Of a stretch of DNA of 64,000 nucleotides, positions 1-14,065 are shown piece after piece. The stretch's first letter is position 1; each line of letters begins with the position of its first letter. The stretch is from Eledone cirrhosa (Eukaryota). The notes beneath the pieces are model-generated. The model saw only the letters and a list, made by a program, of their open reading frames with translations. It ran no database searches and was not told the DNA's origin. Location of the stretch: NCBI GenBank assembly GCA_964016885.1, contig OZ024747.1, forward strand, positions 72,044,001-72,108,000, read 5' to 3'. The translations under genes were made by a program, and so were the position numbers.

Positions 1-1959
1 ATCGCCCTAACATATAATAATAATAATGGTAATAAATACTTAGACAAATATCACCCTCCATGCAGTTTTGCCCTAGTTTATGTTTATATATATATATATA
101 TTTTATCTCTGAAGGTGCAAGGCTTAGTGGTTAGGGGTGTTTGGCTCATGATCATAAGATCGTAAGTTCAACTCCCAGTGGCATGTTGTGTCCTTCAGCA
201 AAGCACTTTATTTCACATTGGTCCAGTCCACTCAGCTGGTGAAAATAAGTTGTCTGTAATTCAAAGAACCAACCTTGTCACATACGTGAATTACATTAAG
301 GGTACACATGCATGTGGAATGCTTAGTCACTTACACAATTTCTCGAGCAGTTTGTGTTCTTAATAAAAAAACAGACACTCATCATTGGAATCAAAGGAGG
401 TCCAATAACAATATGTATATTATCTGGTTTTGTATATATATATATATGTCTAAGCCATGCTAGCGTGGAAGATGGATGTTAAACGATGATGATATATATA
501 GGAATACATCATTCCTTTTTTTTTTCTTTAATTTATAATGGTAGGGTTTGATTCAAAGGTACTTTGAATTTTATTTCTTTAAACCTAGACCTATGATGAA
601 AGGGATTCCAATTTATGACCATCCTGTCTCTTTGAATATCAGGAAACTATTATACGTAGTCCAATATATCCTTTATTTAGGAGTATAACATGTGATTTGG
701 GGAAGATTTGGGTGTTATTTCCAACAGGTTGAGAAACCACATACAAGTTCCCTTGTTAAACACGGAGGCCAATTTTTAGCAGATAGAGCAGAAAACACAC
801 ACACACACACACTCTCTCTCTGTCTCTTTTACACTTTCTATTCCATTCCTTCAGCAGCAGTTGGTGTAAGTGTCAGTGTGAGGTATGAATCACTTAGGGA
901 AAGTGTGATAAGTGATAAGGGTTGGCAGAGTTTCAATTACATATATATAGATATACTTACATTAGCATCAATATAATATAAATATATTCTCTGCTTAACT
1001 GTCCTGTGTTGCACTTCCAATGGTGTTTCAATACAGCCTGCTGTCAAGGCTGCTTACAACTCTATAAGAGAGTGATGTCTCTTTTCACACATTTTAACAC
1101 AGAGATAATGTATTTTAGCAGGATCATTATAGAGTATTTGTACGAAGAAAAATAGGTTAATATTAATTTTCTACGGATAAATATGACAGATTTTTAAAAC
1201 ACAAGTAATTTGTCATTAACATATTTTTTCAGATTGTCTTTCCAAAAATGTACTTCTAAATATAGATATGAATACAGCCTCCTAGCATGGTTGTTCACAT
1301 TTCTTATAAGACAGTGATGTCTCTTTTTGCACATTTCACCACAATATAAAGAAAATTATTATAGTAGGATCTTTGAAGAGTATTTTTTTGAAAAAGAATA
1401 GGTTAATATTCAATTTAGATAGATATGAGAAAGTATTTTAAAAATAGGTGATTTGTGAATAACATATAATTGTTTCTACTTTTGGCACAAGGCCAGCAAT
1501 TACCCCAGTGCATTACTGGTGCTTTATTTTATCGAACCCGTAAGGATGAAACGCAAAGCTAACCTCGGCGGGATTTGAACTCAGAATGTAAAGAGCCATA
1601 ACTCTATGCTAAAAGCATGGTGGCTGACACTCTACCGATACTACCAATCCAATGAATAACATATAATAATGAATATATATTCTCCACATAACTTTCCTAT
1701 GTAGTACTTCTGACGATACATTGTAATACAGCCTCCTGTTGTGGCTGAGAGCTTCATTTCTAGCCTTCTGCCTTAGAAACGACTGTAGAGGCTCTCACCT
1801 TCCCTCTCAAAAGTGAGACAACTTTACACTTGTTTACCTTTAGACTGCAAAGACTACATTGGTAAACTGCATAGGTATCTCTTTCATAGCTAAACACTTC
1901 ATTCTACTCCAAAAAACAATGGCCAACTGATCACCAGTGCTAATTCTTTCCTTGGAGGA

Positions 1960-2228
1960 AAATGTACCACCCAACATAGAATAGTATCATGGCCTTACTC
2001 CTGTTCGATGCAGGCTGGAAGAGGCCATGCAACAGGCCCTGCACCAGATGGCTAGATGTCAGCGAAGATCTCTGGAGGCTCGACATCATCTTGGAGGATG
2101 CAGAGGAGCTGGTACAGGACCACCAGCAATAGAGAGCGCTGGTGGACCTGTTCAGCTCTACACATGATGATGCTTCCTGAATTGGTCTTAGGATGACCTC
2201 GGCCTCATCAAGCAAGAAAAAGAAGAAT
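1960..2228 (+). mobile_element. RTE/RTEX-like LINE 3' end
   Basis: Plus frame reads GWKRPCNRPCTRWLD...EDAEELVQD, followed by a CAAG/GAA tail. The annotated minus ORF is its antisense shadow. Confidence 0.65.
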
Positions 2229-2419
2229 GGAATGGAAGTTTAGTCTGATTTTCAAGTAAAAAATGTTGAACAAGATTTATTGAAGTTCAATTTTTATCTG
2301 ATGTTTAGTCATGCCACCATAACTAATGTATCTCTTCTCCTTACAGATTATAAAAACATTATTCATGAAAATGCTTTCAACTTGACTCCATATTTAATTC
2401 TACTAAAGAACACATTCAA

Positions 2420-3260
2420 CATGCCATGCTCTATAAAATTCAGAGGGAGTAATATAAGTGCAGTAGGAAAATTTATGTAGAGCATTTATGGTATTGATGC
2501 AAAAAAAAAAGAAAAAAAAAAGTAGGAAGTGGTTTTCCCATTACAGAAATAAGGACTTCAGCCTAAAAGCTGAGATAATAGAAGGTCTTCCAAATGAACT
2601 CAATTCAAAAGTACTGGAAGTGGCTGTTACAGGCATGGAAAAGTTATAGAAGTTGGAAAATGAATCAGAAAAGACTTATCTGTAAACAATTTCCAACAAT
2701 GTGTTGACTATTGAGGCATTGCATACATAACTCCAGGTGCCTTTTTTATTACTGAGGATGAGAAATGGATCCTTTATCATAATGTTAAGTGCCATCATCA
2801 GTGGCTTAGTTGTGTTGACAGACCAACCTAGCAGCCAAGAGAGGACCTACATCCAAGGAAGATCCTGTTAAATATGTGGTCGGATATACAAGATATAGTT
2901 CACTATGAATTGTTAAACAATAATAAAACAGTCACATCTGAAGTTTACTGTCAAAAAATTGTGAGTTTTAAAAAAAGTTTTGTCCGAAAAAATGCACAAC
3001 CTTAATAAACAGAAAAGGGGTCATTCTCCATCATGATAAAACCTAACGTCATACTGCAGGACTCTTAGAGAAACTCAGCTGGAAAAAAAATTGCTTCATC
3101 CACCATATTCTCCCAACCCTGCTTAATTCTCCCAACCCTGCTTGTTTAGGAGTTTACTTCACATCAAAATGTAAGGAATTTTATAAATATAACATCTATA
3201 AGCATGTTGACAGATGGTATAAGGTTATTGAAAGCAATGGAGAATATTTTGATAAATATA
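2420..3260 (+). mobile_element. Mariner transposase relic
   Basis: RKWFS....DFSL, ITEDEKWILYHN (TGDEKW motif), ILHHD and HPPYSPN (YSPDL motif); many stops and frameshifts. Confidence 0.85.
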
Positions 3261-3917
3261 TACCACTATTTTGACTTTCAAAATACATTCTAACCTGATT
3301 ATTAGTAACCATAGGGTAAGAACTAGTGTAAGAACTAGTGACTGAAGACAAACTGGAGAAGGAAGTTTACAAGCATAAGGTTGTCTCCAATTTAAGAGCC
3401 TTTACAGTGGTATAGAGGCAGAATACTTGAAATAATGCTTATTCCATGGTAATAGGTAGAGGGTATCATTAAGGCACAAGGTAGAGGTGAGGTATATAGT
3501 TCTGTAACTATTAGTATAACCCAATGGCAAATGGGGCCCATGCTGTCAGGTTGGTTGGAATATGAGCGACATGGCTAGTGTTGTCACAGCACTGGGTGAC
3601 TGGGTGAGGTACAAACCATACACATAAAATACATATTGCTAGGTTTAAGAGAGACTTTCTTATTGAACATTGCATGTGTGTGTGTTTGTTTGAAACTCTC
3701 TCTCTCTCCCACTCTCTCAGATTTTTCTGAAGAAAATTAAATGCATTCTTGTTCATAAAAATACTCTTGAACGATTAGAAGTGCAACACAGGAAAATTAA
3801 GCAGGGAATAAATATTTATTATTATTGTATATGTTATTTACAAATCACCTATGTTTAAATTTCTTTCATGTCTATCTTTAGCAAATCAATACTTACCTCT
3901 TGTGCACAAAAATACTC

Positions 3918-4133
3918 TTAACCCTTTAGCATTTACATTACTCTATATTTACTATTGTATTTTCACAGTAAACACTTTATCTCAGATAATGTTGAATCTA
4001 TAAGATTTTGATATTATTTATTTTGAGGACAATACGATAACGTAAGTATGAGCAGCTGGTTATGGTCGGTTTGAACAGAAAGAAGCGACAGAATTCTGGC
4101 TGGATATGGCTGGTTTAAATACTAAAGGGTTAA
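3918..4133. mobile_element. piggyBac-like TTAA MITE family 1 (also 12623-12828, 53658-53884, ~61714-61916)
   Basis: Termini TTAA-CCCTTTAGCATT...TAAAGGG-TTAA and a shared ~200-bp interior in four copies. The copy at 53658 interrupts an RTE fragment. Confidence 0.8.
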
Positions 4134-4495
4134 ATAACCCTGATATAAACGTTTATCACTGTAATGTGGTGAAACATGCACAAAAGCATATTACTCTCTC
4201 ATAAATATGTGAGCAGTCCTGAGAGGAGGTTGTATTGAAATGTGTCATAGGAGATAAAACAGGAAAATGTTAAGCTAGATGAGAAGAATGAGTGGGAAAA
4301 GGCAAGGTTACCCAAGTAGATCCAATAGAGGGACCAACTGTTGAGGTTGACTACTATACAGTATACTTGTATAGTCAATCAGGTAGTGCAGAGGTGTTAT
4401 CTTCAATGAGTGATATGGCAGCAGCATGAACTACGACAAAGGCAAAAGTGAGGCTTCAAAAAGCACAACAGAAGCATTAAACTGATTGATTAAGT

Positions 4496-4686
<191 letters not shown>

Positions 4687-4829
4687 AAATATAATCAGAG
4701 AGAGAAATATTTGAGATAAGATCCAATTTGGGTTTATGCCAGACTTCTTAGAGAAGTACATTGTACGTAGCCTTTGGCTTGGAAAAGGCTATTAACAGGG
4801 TACCATGTTTCATAATGTTAGTTACTTAA

Positions 4830-5505
4830 GAAAACTGAAACTGGGAATAAAGGAACACCTTGTTGAGAGACATGCAAGCCATGTATATAGTTGCTATCAG
4901 CAAAGTGAGTGTTAACAAGCTCAGTGGGGGATTCTCCATGGTATCAGTTCTTAGCCTCTTGCTTTTTATTATATTTTTCCAAGATGCAACAGAAGAGTTC
5001 AAGACTAGTAATTCACAAAAGCTACTGTATGCTGATGACCTAGTTCTACAAGCTGAATCAGCCAAAGAATTAGTAGAAAATTCCAAATGTGGAAACGGAA
5101 TTATTAAGTAGTCTAAATGTCAATTTAGTAAAGATAAAAGTCTGAGCAGAAGCGATCATGCTCAATATGCAGAAAGGAAGTGACTAGCTATTCTATATTA
5201 TGTACCCAATGCCAATAATGTGTTTACAAAAGGAACAGTAGGATCTCAAGCAGGCTAATGGAGATATCATCATCATCATTTAACATCCACTTGCCCTTGC
5301 TTGCAAGGGTGGAACAGGTCCTCTTCAGTACAACATCTCTCCGTTTGTCATAGTACTTTGTCATCTCTGTGAGCTTCATGGACGAGTTGAGAGAGAAACT
5401 GTGTATAAGAGGAATAAACTGTAGTGTGCAGAAGAGAAGACAGACTGCATTGGTATGGCAATGTGATGCACATGGATGATGACCACTGGGTGAAGAAATG
5501 CGAAA
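4830..5505. mobile_element. Degenerate RTE family A fragments (RT piece, then a 5'-inverted 3' end)
   Basis: LLYADDLVL on plus at 5020-5050. A minus tail at 5266-5378 is joined to a plus segment DELREKLCIRG at 5380-5505. Confidence 0.75.
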
Positions 5506-5589
5506 ATGCACAAGAGTAGTTAACAGCAAGCAACTCAAGAAATGAAGATTCTCAAAAGTTTTGTTACAAGTAGATAACAAATATTTGGT

Positions 5590-6546
5590 GTTAAATCAAA
5601 AGCATGCAATGTGGATGTCAGATTCTACCATGGCTGAGGACTGTCATAATCTTCAGGAACAAGATTGACATGCACAACCAGATTGGAAGTAATATCAAGA
5701 CTGGTGAGTGTAGGGTCAGTCAACTGGAATTTACTGACGACATGGTACTGTTTAATTCGCCAGAAAGTGATCTCCGACATGCACTTGATAGGTTTGCTGC
5801 TCAGTGTTGCACAGCAGGAATGAAAATCAGTGCTGCAAAAACCAAGACACTCGTCCTCTCAAGGAAGCCTAAACAACACACCCTACATGTGAGTGGAGGT
5901 ACAGTGAAGCAGGTGGAGATGTTCCAGTATCAGAGCACTGTTTTCATGAGTAATGGAGGGCAGGAAGCCAAATTAAGTGCAAGAATTGCAGGAGCTGGTG
6001 CATTACTGCACCAGCTTCAGCATTTAGCAATCAGAAGGGAAGCAGGTGTAAAAGTCAAACTCACTATATTCAATTCAATGTCTGTGCTTACCCTTACCTA
6101 TGATGATGAATCTTGGGTAATAACCAAAAGAATATGATCACAAATACAAGCAGCTGAAATGGGGTTCCACTAAAGGGTCTTTGGAGTAATATTACTCAAT
6201 AAAGTGTGTAGCTCAGAGATCAGAAAATCACTTCAAGTAGAACCACTACATCAATGAATTGAGGGATCACTGCTCCAATACTACAGACATGTGGTCAGAA
6301 TGTCTAAAGAAAAAATCGTTGGACAGATTTTATGAGCAAAACCAAATGATAGGAGACCCAGGAGTAGACTGAGCAAGATGGTTGGATAACATCCATGAGC
6401 TCGGCTGGTCTTGCTTGGAGATCCAGCGGGACCAATTGGAGACAGTTGCTTCTGAAAGGACCTGCTGGAAGGCATACTTGAGGACTCTGCCCTCATGACC
6501 CTCTCTGGAATAAATAGGTGAAGAAGAACAACTGCAACAACAACTT
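5590..6546 (+). mobile_element. Degenerate RTE-type LINE 3' kilobase with (CAA)n tail
   Basis: FTDD (YADD-like), GMKISAAKTK, LTY..ESW and R..W motifs. Confidence 0.8.
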
Positions 6547-7212
6547 CTGTTAACAAGGTAACCGAATCAGCAATGAAATTATGTATTGTGAAAGCATTGT
6601 AATGACAGAGTGTAAAAAGTTTAAGGAAATACTGCCTTTGTTGAAAAGCAATTTGTATGAGAGAGATATGGGTGCTGGATGTAGTGAGTATGCAAAGGTC
6701 AGGAAGAAATGAAGTTTCACTAGAACTACAATGTCTACACACATGATTGATAAAGAACATATATGCTGAGAAGTATCCAGTATAGTGTACAAGAGAGAAG
6801 ACTGCAATGGTATGAGCATGTCATATGCATAAAGAAGAATATTTAGGTTAAAGGGTATCAAATAATGGTTTCTGATTTAGGCACAAAGCCAGCAATTTGG
6901 GGGGAGGGGAAAGTCGACTAAATCAACCCCAGTGTGTGACTGGTGCTTTATTTTATCGACCCGTAAGGATGAAAGATAAAGCTAACCATGGTGAATTTGA
7001 ACTGGATCAAATAATGCAAGTGAAAGCCTGCAGAAGAGAAAAACCAAAGAAGAATGAAGCAAAAGTGGAAAAGGTCTAAATCTAAGGACACTCAGCCTCA
7101 CAAAGAAGATGGAAGCACACAAGATGAAAGAACCAACATAGAAAAGCAGACATAAAAATAATGATGATGATTCTATTACAAGACATCAAGATAATCATCA
7201 TATATTATATTA

Positions 7213-7407
7213 CAAGGGTTGGCTGAAAAATTTATAGACTGACCAAAGTACTCTCATGGAATGAGCAAATGAGGTTTATTTTTCAACATAGCCCTTGGAA
7301 AGAACCAATGCAGTTATTAATAAAAAGAGTTGAAATTAATGCATGCAAGATTTCACAGCTCAAGCATCACTCCATAGTTAGCCTATGAATTTTTCAGCTG
7401 ACCCTTA
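7213..7407. mobile_element. Tc1/mariner-type MITE
   Basis: Imperfect ~30-bp TIRs (caagggttggctgaaaaa / tttttcagctgaccctta) flanked by TA on both sides. Confidence 0.7.
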
Positions 7408-10208
7408 TAGTTAAAGAACCTCTTTATTGCTACAGACCTCAACAATGATTTGTTGTCTATATTACATTGTATCAAATAAATCACCAGAATTAAATGTTGT
7501 TCTTATGCTAATATATGTCATCCATTTTCATAGCAATTGAGCATCACATATCTATTTTTCATATGGACAGAAAATCTTTTCAATAGAAACATTAGATTCT
7601 CACACTATTAAATTGCTAACTCATTTATGGCTGTAAATATTACTCTCAAGTAACAAACTGTCATCAACCTGCTAATAAATTATCTGGAACACTCTTAATA
7701 TGAAATGTTGGAGGAAATCTATAATATTGATGTAGTTAATAAAAATTTGAAAATGATATATTCAGCAAAAATACACGAGAGAAAAAGAGGCTCTACATGA
7801 AAGTAATCTCAGAATGTATGACTGCATACAATGTGCAAGTGGTACAGCTGGTTCAACAATAAAATACACTCAGTACACTCTGCAAATTCGTTGGCATTAA
7901 GGACAACCAACCATAGAAACCATGCTAAAAATGGAATGTATGAACATGTGATTCTTTGATCCATTTAGTCCAGAATTGTGACAACTAGCCCAACTCATGC
8001 CAGCATGAAAATCAGACATATGCTGATGATGATCTGACTTGATTATACTAATCTTCCATGTTTATAGCAGTCCACCTCAACATTTATGCAACTCTGAATT
8101 CTGAACGCAATACAGGCAACTTTTAAGTAAGAGTTCTTTGGAAGGAATTGATCTGGCAGCAACAAAAGCATTTTGGAGTTTGACACAAAATCTAATGTGT
8201 AAACACAGAAGATTCAACAAAAGCAAAAATAGTCAAATACTTCCTGCTTGCACAATTCCATCATTCTCATTGGCTATGTCGCAAAGCTATAAAGAAGGAT
8301 GGCGCAGACAAGCACCCGATAGATGTGGACCTTAACTATCTCAGACTTGGCCCCCTGTATCTAACTTTACCCTTCACTTGGGCTCCTGAGCAAAAAAAAT
8401 AAATAACTGCATACATAGTTTAAGAGAAATGATTGCAGGCAAACTAATGGACAAAATCAACACAAGGCATGGTAAATGTGTCTACCCACCCTTCTTCTAG
8501 ATTTTAGTTGATCTTCACCACCCCTATCAGTATCAGCTGTGTTAGGGCCACAAAGAATTTGTTCACCCGAATCGCTATTTTGTTCACCACTTTCAGAAGT
8601 TTCATTGTCTGAATCACTCTCATTGTTTGCATAAGGGTAAACTTGCTGTAATTCCTGCTTATTCTCATCCACAGAATAAATATTATCAATAATTTCTTCA
8701 ACTGTAAAGAGGCTAGGCTTTACTTATTTACCAGATGAAGTGCTGGGTTCATTATATACTTGTTTCATCGCCAAAAAAAAATTCTTTTTTTTTTCAATTA
8801 ATAACAAAAGTTAACAATAGCTATAGGAGTCTCCATTAACAAGGAGTCATAAACCCATGTAACTACAAAGCTGCAACGTAATCGGTTGTCTATTTTCAGT
8901 ATTTTGTCTTCTATTTCTATGTGCTTTAATGGGAATTTGGTAGAGATTATGTTTAGGCTATTACTGCTATAGGAGGAATACAGCATGACAGGGCTATTTG
9001 CTAGATGGATATCTGACCTAGATCAGAGCGGGCTTTTAAAGACAACAAAATGCAACATGTACACAGTTGATGTGGACATATATCTCATCTGTACCTTGGC
9101 TTACGGCAATAAAGGTAGTGCCAAGATGCTTGAATTGATCAACCTCATCTAAAATCTCATTAATTAGTATAATGTGCACCCTTTCAGAGGGTGAGATACC
9201 AATGAAACCATGTTTGACTTGGCTGCATTGATTTTCATGCCAACTTGCACTATGTATATGCTGAGAGGTTCAGTGGTTAATTGAACATCAATCTAGTTGT
9301 CAGGTCTCATCTCACAGTAATGCCTGAAGAGGTGCTCAGAGCAACTCCATAAGTCAGTCGAGGACATCTGCCTAATGCCTGAATGAATTTTGAAGGAATC
9401 ATATTCCTCAATATAACAGCAATCCTTTGCTCATGTAGTATGTTCTAAAATTCTGCAGCAGCTTTACAGGCAGCTCACCTGTGGTCAGGATATCCCAGAG
9501 TGCACTGCAGTTGACAGAATCAAAAGCTGCCATGAAGTGCAAAAAGCAAGTGATGGTTTGCTGTTAGTAACTTGAGCATTGTTTTAGAAACCTTCCCAAT
9601 GAGAAAACTTGACTTGTGCAGCCTTAGCCTTGATAAAAACCACATTATAGGTTAAAGGCTTGTTTGATAGTGTACACAGACTGACACTATAAACATTTCT
9701 TAAAGTTGAAGGTGTGCCTAATAGGTTTATTTAGTTGTTGTTTAGCCCAAGTCACCCATGATTGAACAGACTTATGAACAAAAACATTCCAACTGAGACT
9801 ATTCTTTTTCCAGACATAGCAGGTGTAGTGAATCAATGTGCTGTTCTCTTTTTAAATGGTTCGGCGGGTGATAAGGAGATTTCACTAGTGTTTCTATCAG
9901 ACTGAATGGCCACATAGAAGCTACCTGACTTATCCATTGCCACAGTATATGTAACAGAAGTGCCTTCTATCATAGCCGAGGTTTGAACTAAAACTTATAA
10001 GTGAAATTGGATAGACAGTAACTGTGCAGAAGCCTGTCAGACTGACAATGTCTGTAATTCAAAGAGCCAGCCTTATTATACACTGTGCTGTGTTGAGAAT
10101 TGAATTAAAGGTATGTGCATCAATGGAATGCCTGGCCAATTACAATTCAATTTAACAAGTAGGCCATTCTTTTGGCTGAACAGATGGAACACTCATCAAA
10201 ACTGACAA

Positions 10209-10462
10209 AGGGCCATGCATCTTACTAGCTATGGTTAATACTTCAGTCTGTAACTGACAGAGGACCATATATTTTACTAGCTACAGTTAGTACTTCAGTC
10301 TGTCACCAAGTGAGGACCATATATTTTACTAGCTACAGTTAGTACTTCAGTCTGTCACCAAGTGAGGACCATATATTTTACTAGCTACAGTTAGTACTTC
10401 AGTCTGTCACCAAGTGAGGACCATATATTTTACTAGCTACAGTTAGTACTTCAGTCTGTCAC
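10209..10462. repeat. 52-bp minisatellite, about 4.8 copies
   Basis: The unit aggaccatatattttactagctacagttagtacttcagtctgtcaccaagtg starts at 10261, 10313, 10365 and 10417, with a degenerate first copy upstream. Confidence 0.95.
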
Positions 10463-11463
10463 TCCATTTCAATACTATGAATCATATATATAAGAAAACA
10501 AAATTGCATCATTACATATGAAAATCATCATCATTGTTTTCATCTGCCTTCCACACAAGCATGTGGGTTGGATAGGTTGTCATAGTGTCAAAGTGACCTC
10601 ATCTAACTTATATGCTCCATATTTGGAATTATTTTTATGGAGAATGAGATTACATCATCATCATCATTTAACTTCAGTTTCTCTGCTAGCAGGGTTGAAC
10701 AAGTTGCAGACCATCGAGTACTTAAACGGAGCCTGGGCAAAAAAAAAGGGGGGGGGGCATGAGATCTTGCACTTTACCCTGTGCATTTTATCGTGGCACC
10801 AATACTAAAGAAATGTCATATCCTTGGGCTAACTGAAGAGTCTACCCGAGGCTTTATTTGGTAGGTTTTCTAAAGCTGGATGCCCTTCCTTTCCCCCAAC
10901 CACTTTATAGGAATACACTGGGTGATTGTTTATCATATGATAGATCACCAACACTAGAGAGGTTGTCATGTCTATGGCACAGTTGAAGGGTCCTCCTGAC
11001 CCTTCGTTTGACAAGTTTTCATAACATATACAGATAAAATATAAAATGGATCTCTGATAGTGGTCCAGTCGTGAAATCAATGGGACAGTTTACTTGTTGA
11101 ATTAACATGTAAATGGTCGAGTATTCCAGTACAGACACGTGAACCTTGATGGGGACTGAACATGGCAGGACTGGCCTTTTGAATTACAGGTACAATGCAA
11201 TATAACAATAGTTGACAGGATAAGAGAAGTTGTCATTTTTGGAAGTGTGATTCATAAGCATTTAATTCAAAAGAGTCAAGTGTGGCATTTGGGAGATGTA
11301 ATAATGTTGAACAACAAGGATAAATAAGTGACCAAAGGTACCTACTATTGTATGCATATGAGATGACACACAGAACTATGAACTAGGTGAAAAAGTGAGT
11401 TGGATGTGGAAGGAATCAGCTGCAGAGACAGATCAAAGACAAGGAAAGAAATATATGAAACTA

Positions 11464-11708
11464 TTAACCCTTTCATTACCATATTTCTAATGAAAGTCAC
11501 TGCCAATAATTTATTAATAATTATAAAAATATTCAAGAATTTCGAGGGATTTAGTAATATAACTAACTTCCTTATTTATTATTTGGTGTTTGAAGCATAA
11601 CTTAAAGGTTCTATTAATAGTATAAAATTATAATGGAAACGTTTTAGATAAATATACGCACTTTAAAATCAGGGGTGATTTAAGGCAGTTTGGTATGAAA
11701 AGGGTTAA
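11464..11708. mobile_element. piggyBac-like TTAA MITE family 2 (also ~12180-12432, 54933-55468)
   Basis: Termini TTAA-CCCTTTCATTACC...AAAAGGG-TTAA and similar interiors. Confidence 0.75.
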
Positions 11709-11885
11709 GCACTTGGTAAGATGGTATGAAAAACATTTGCACAATTAATGTCAATATGACAAATAAGCTGTGATAATAGCAAATAAATCAATACAAATGT
11801 TTTGTTCAAATCTTGCAATTTATAGAAATATAAAAAAAAAAATCTATAAGAGACTTGAATAAGAAAGTCAGAAAAGGTTGTTTAC

Positions 11886-11927
11886 CTTTGTGTCCAAGAA
11901 TTACAGCAAGATGCAATGGTGTGTTGC
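11886..11927 (-). CDS. ANKRD13C: ANKRD13C-like, coding exon 2 (42 bp)
   Basis: T-rich TTACAG acceptor and GTAAAC donor, phase 1-1. Encodes GNTPLHLAVILGHK, in frame with exon 1 and completing the ankyrin TPLH motif. I found no exon 3 in the window; it probably lies left of base 1. Confidence 0.88.
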
Positions 11928-14065
11928 CTGTAATAAAAAAAAAGTTACAATCAAAATGTTCATATAAATCATCATCATCATTTTACGCCCGCTTTTCCCT
12001 GCTTGCAAGGGTTGGACGGGTCCTATTCAGCACAGCATCTCTCCACTTAATGATCATGCATATTTCTTTTGACTAGGCATGAAGTCAATTTTGTAGAAGT
12101 ACACTTAAATGATACTTCACCTCATATTAATTACACCTGTGTCAATCCTAAAGGAATTTAAGAGTTGGCTGTGAATAGATTTTTAGCTGTTTTGTTAACA
12201 TATTTCTACAGTTTTCAAATAATTATGAAAATAATCGAGAATTTGAGAGAATTTAGTCAAATAACTAACTTTCACATTACTAAGTTGGTGATTAGAGCAA
12301 GAGCGTAACTTAAAGGTTCTTATATAAAATTGTGATGGAAGGTTTTTAGATAAATATAAACACTTTGAAACAAACAGTTTTGTATCATAAAACTATGGGT
12401 AGTTATAAGCAGTTTGGTGATAAAAGGGTTAACTCAAAATATATATGTATGAGATGGACTGCTGTAATTAAAAATACACTATTCTTAGCATAAGAAATAT
12501 ATATTCAAATTTTCTTCGATAAACATTAAATTATTTTAAAAAGCAGATTCAATAATTATATTTTCTAATCATTTCAGACCAAATTAAATGATTTTTGTTT
12601 CATATTACAGCTAAGAGAATATTTAACCCTTTAGCATTTAAACAAGCAATATCCAGCCAGAAATTTTTCACCTCTTTCTGTTCAAACTGTCTGTTCATAC
12701 TTATGTTAAGGTATTGTTCTCAAAATAAATAATATCAAAATCTCATAGATTCGATATTATGTGAGATAAAGTGTTTACTGTGAAAATACTATAGTATATA
12801 TAGAGTAATGTAAATACTAAAGGGTTAATATGAGATTTAAAAAAAAATACATTTTCAACTCTCACCTATGCAAGTTTAGCTGGCCACCTAGAATATTGCA
12901 TCTTATAGGAGCTTTATCAAGTGTTTTAATAGATATATTACAAGTTTAATCAGTTTAAATTACATAGTAATATCACATCATTTGTTGTCTTGACACAACT
13001 GAAAAGTCAACTACTTTGGTATGGTTCCTAACAACCACTTTATATAGAAAATGAAATTTACAGCAGGTTTAACTTGTCTCACATTAGGTTGGATCTTATA
13101 GGAAGTTTCTTGGGCATTCTAATGATATTATGAAAAGCAACACAAGACGAACTGGCTTTCTCAAAAACACAACAGACTGTCCACTCTAGGAATTGAAGCC
13201 ACAACAATATGATCACAAGTCTAACAGCCTAACTACTACACTATGTACCTTCACAACCAGCACTCAGGACAGGAGGTTGTCAGTCATTGACATGAGAGTA
13301 CCTTTTCTAACCTATGCTATTGTTACAGGTTGAGTGTTACTATCCCAAGGCAGATATGTACAAGAGTTAGAATGTAGGCATATATATATATATGTTCCTT
13401 GAGCAAGACACTTTATTTCACATTGCTCTAGTTTACTCAGCTGTAGAAATGAGTTGCAACGTCACTGGTGCCAAGCTGTATCGGCCATAACCTTTCCCTT
13501 GGACATCATCGGTGGCGTGGAGAGAGGAGGCTGGTATGCATGGGCGACTGCTGATCTTCCACAAACAACCTTACCTTGGAGGGAAACTTTCTAGGTGAAA
13601 ATACCATGGTCATTCGTGACTGAAGGGGGTCTTCTCATATATATGTATGTATTATGGCCCATATGGATTTTTGCATGGCCTACAACCTCCTTGCCCCTAT
13701 CACTCCATCTATAATCTTTTAATTTACAATCTCATTAATAAACTTCAGCCTCACACAAAACACACTAAATTATTTCACTCCAATGACTCAACCCAACCCA
13801 ATAGAAAAAAAAAAACCGACCCTACTCCAAATACCTATTGTCTCCTTTTCTATAGCTCAGTCTTTTGTTTACAATACAAATATTTTACATTCCAACACTT
13901 GCTTTGAAATTTCTATAATTACCACTTATAACTACTCTAAATTCTGTAACCCTTCTTGACTGAACCTAGCAATACTATAGTCCTATTGTTCCCTTTGGCA
14001 TTCACCTATTCCATGTTAATATCTCTAAAAAATTAACAACTGCTTTATATTTGTCTATGTCTATG

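Noticed and set aside
113-180. tRNA-like A/B boxes here and in many other places
   Set aside because: They are SINE heads followed by SINE core sequence, with no complete cloverleaf.
8457-8760. Acidic ORF resembling a piggyBac transposase N-terminus
   Set aside because: Only compositional similarity (FTVEEII plus a D/E/S-rich tract); no catalytic core or termini found.
9320-9370. CTGAAGA hammerhead-like start
   Set aside because: The GAAA box is missing (ATAA instead) and the stems are poor.
10209-10462. CRISPR-like periodicity
   Set aside because: Units are identical end to end with no unique spacers, and the context is eukaryotic; this is a minisatellite.
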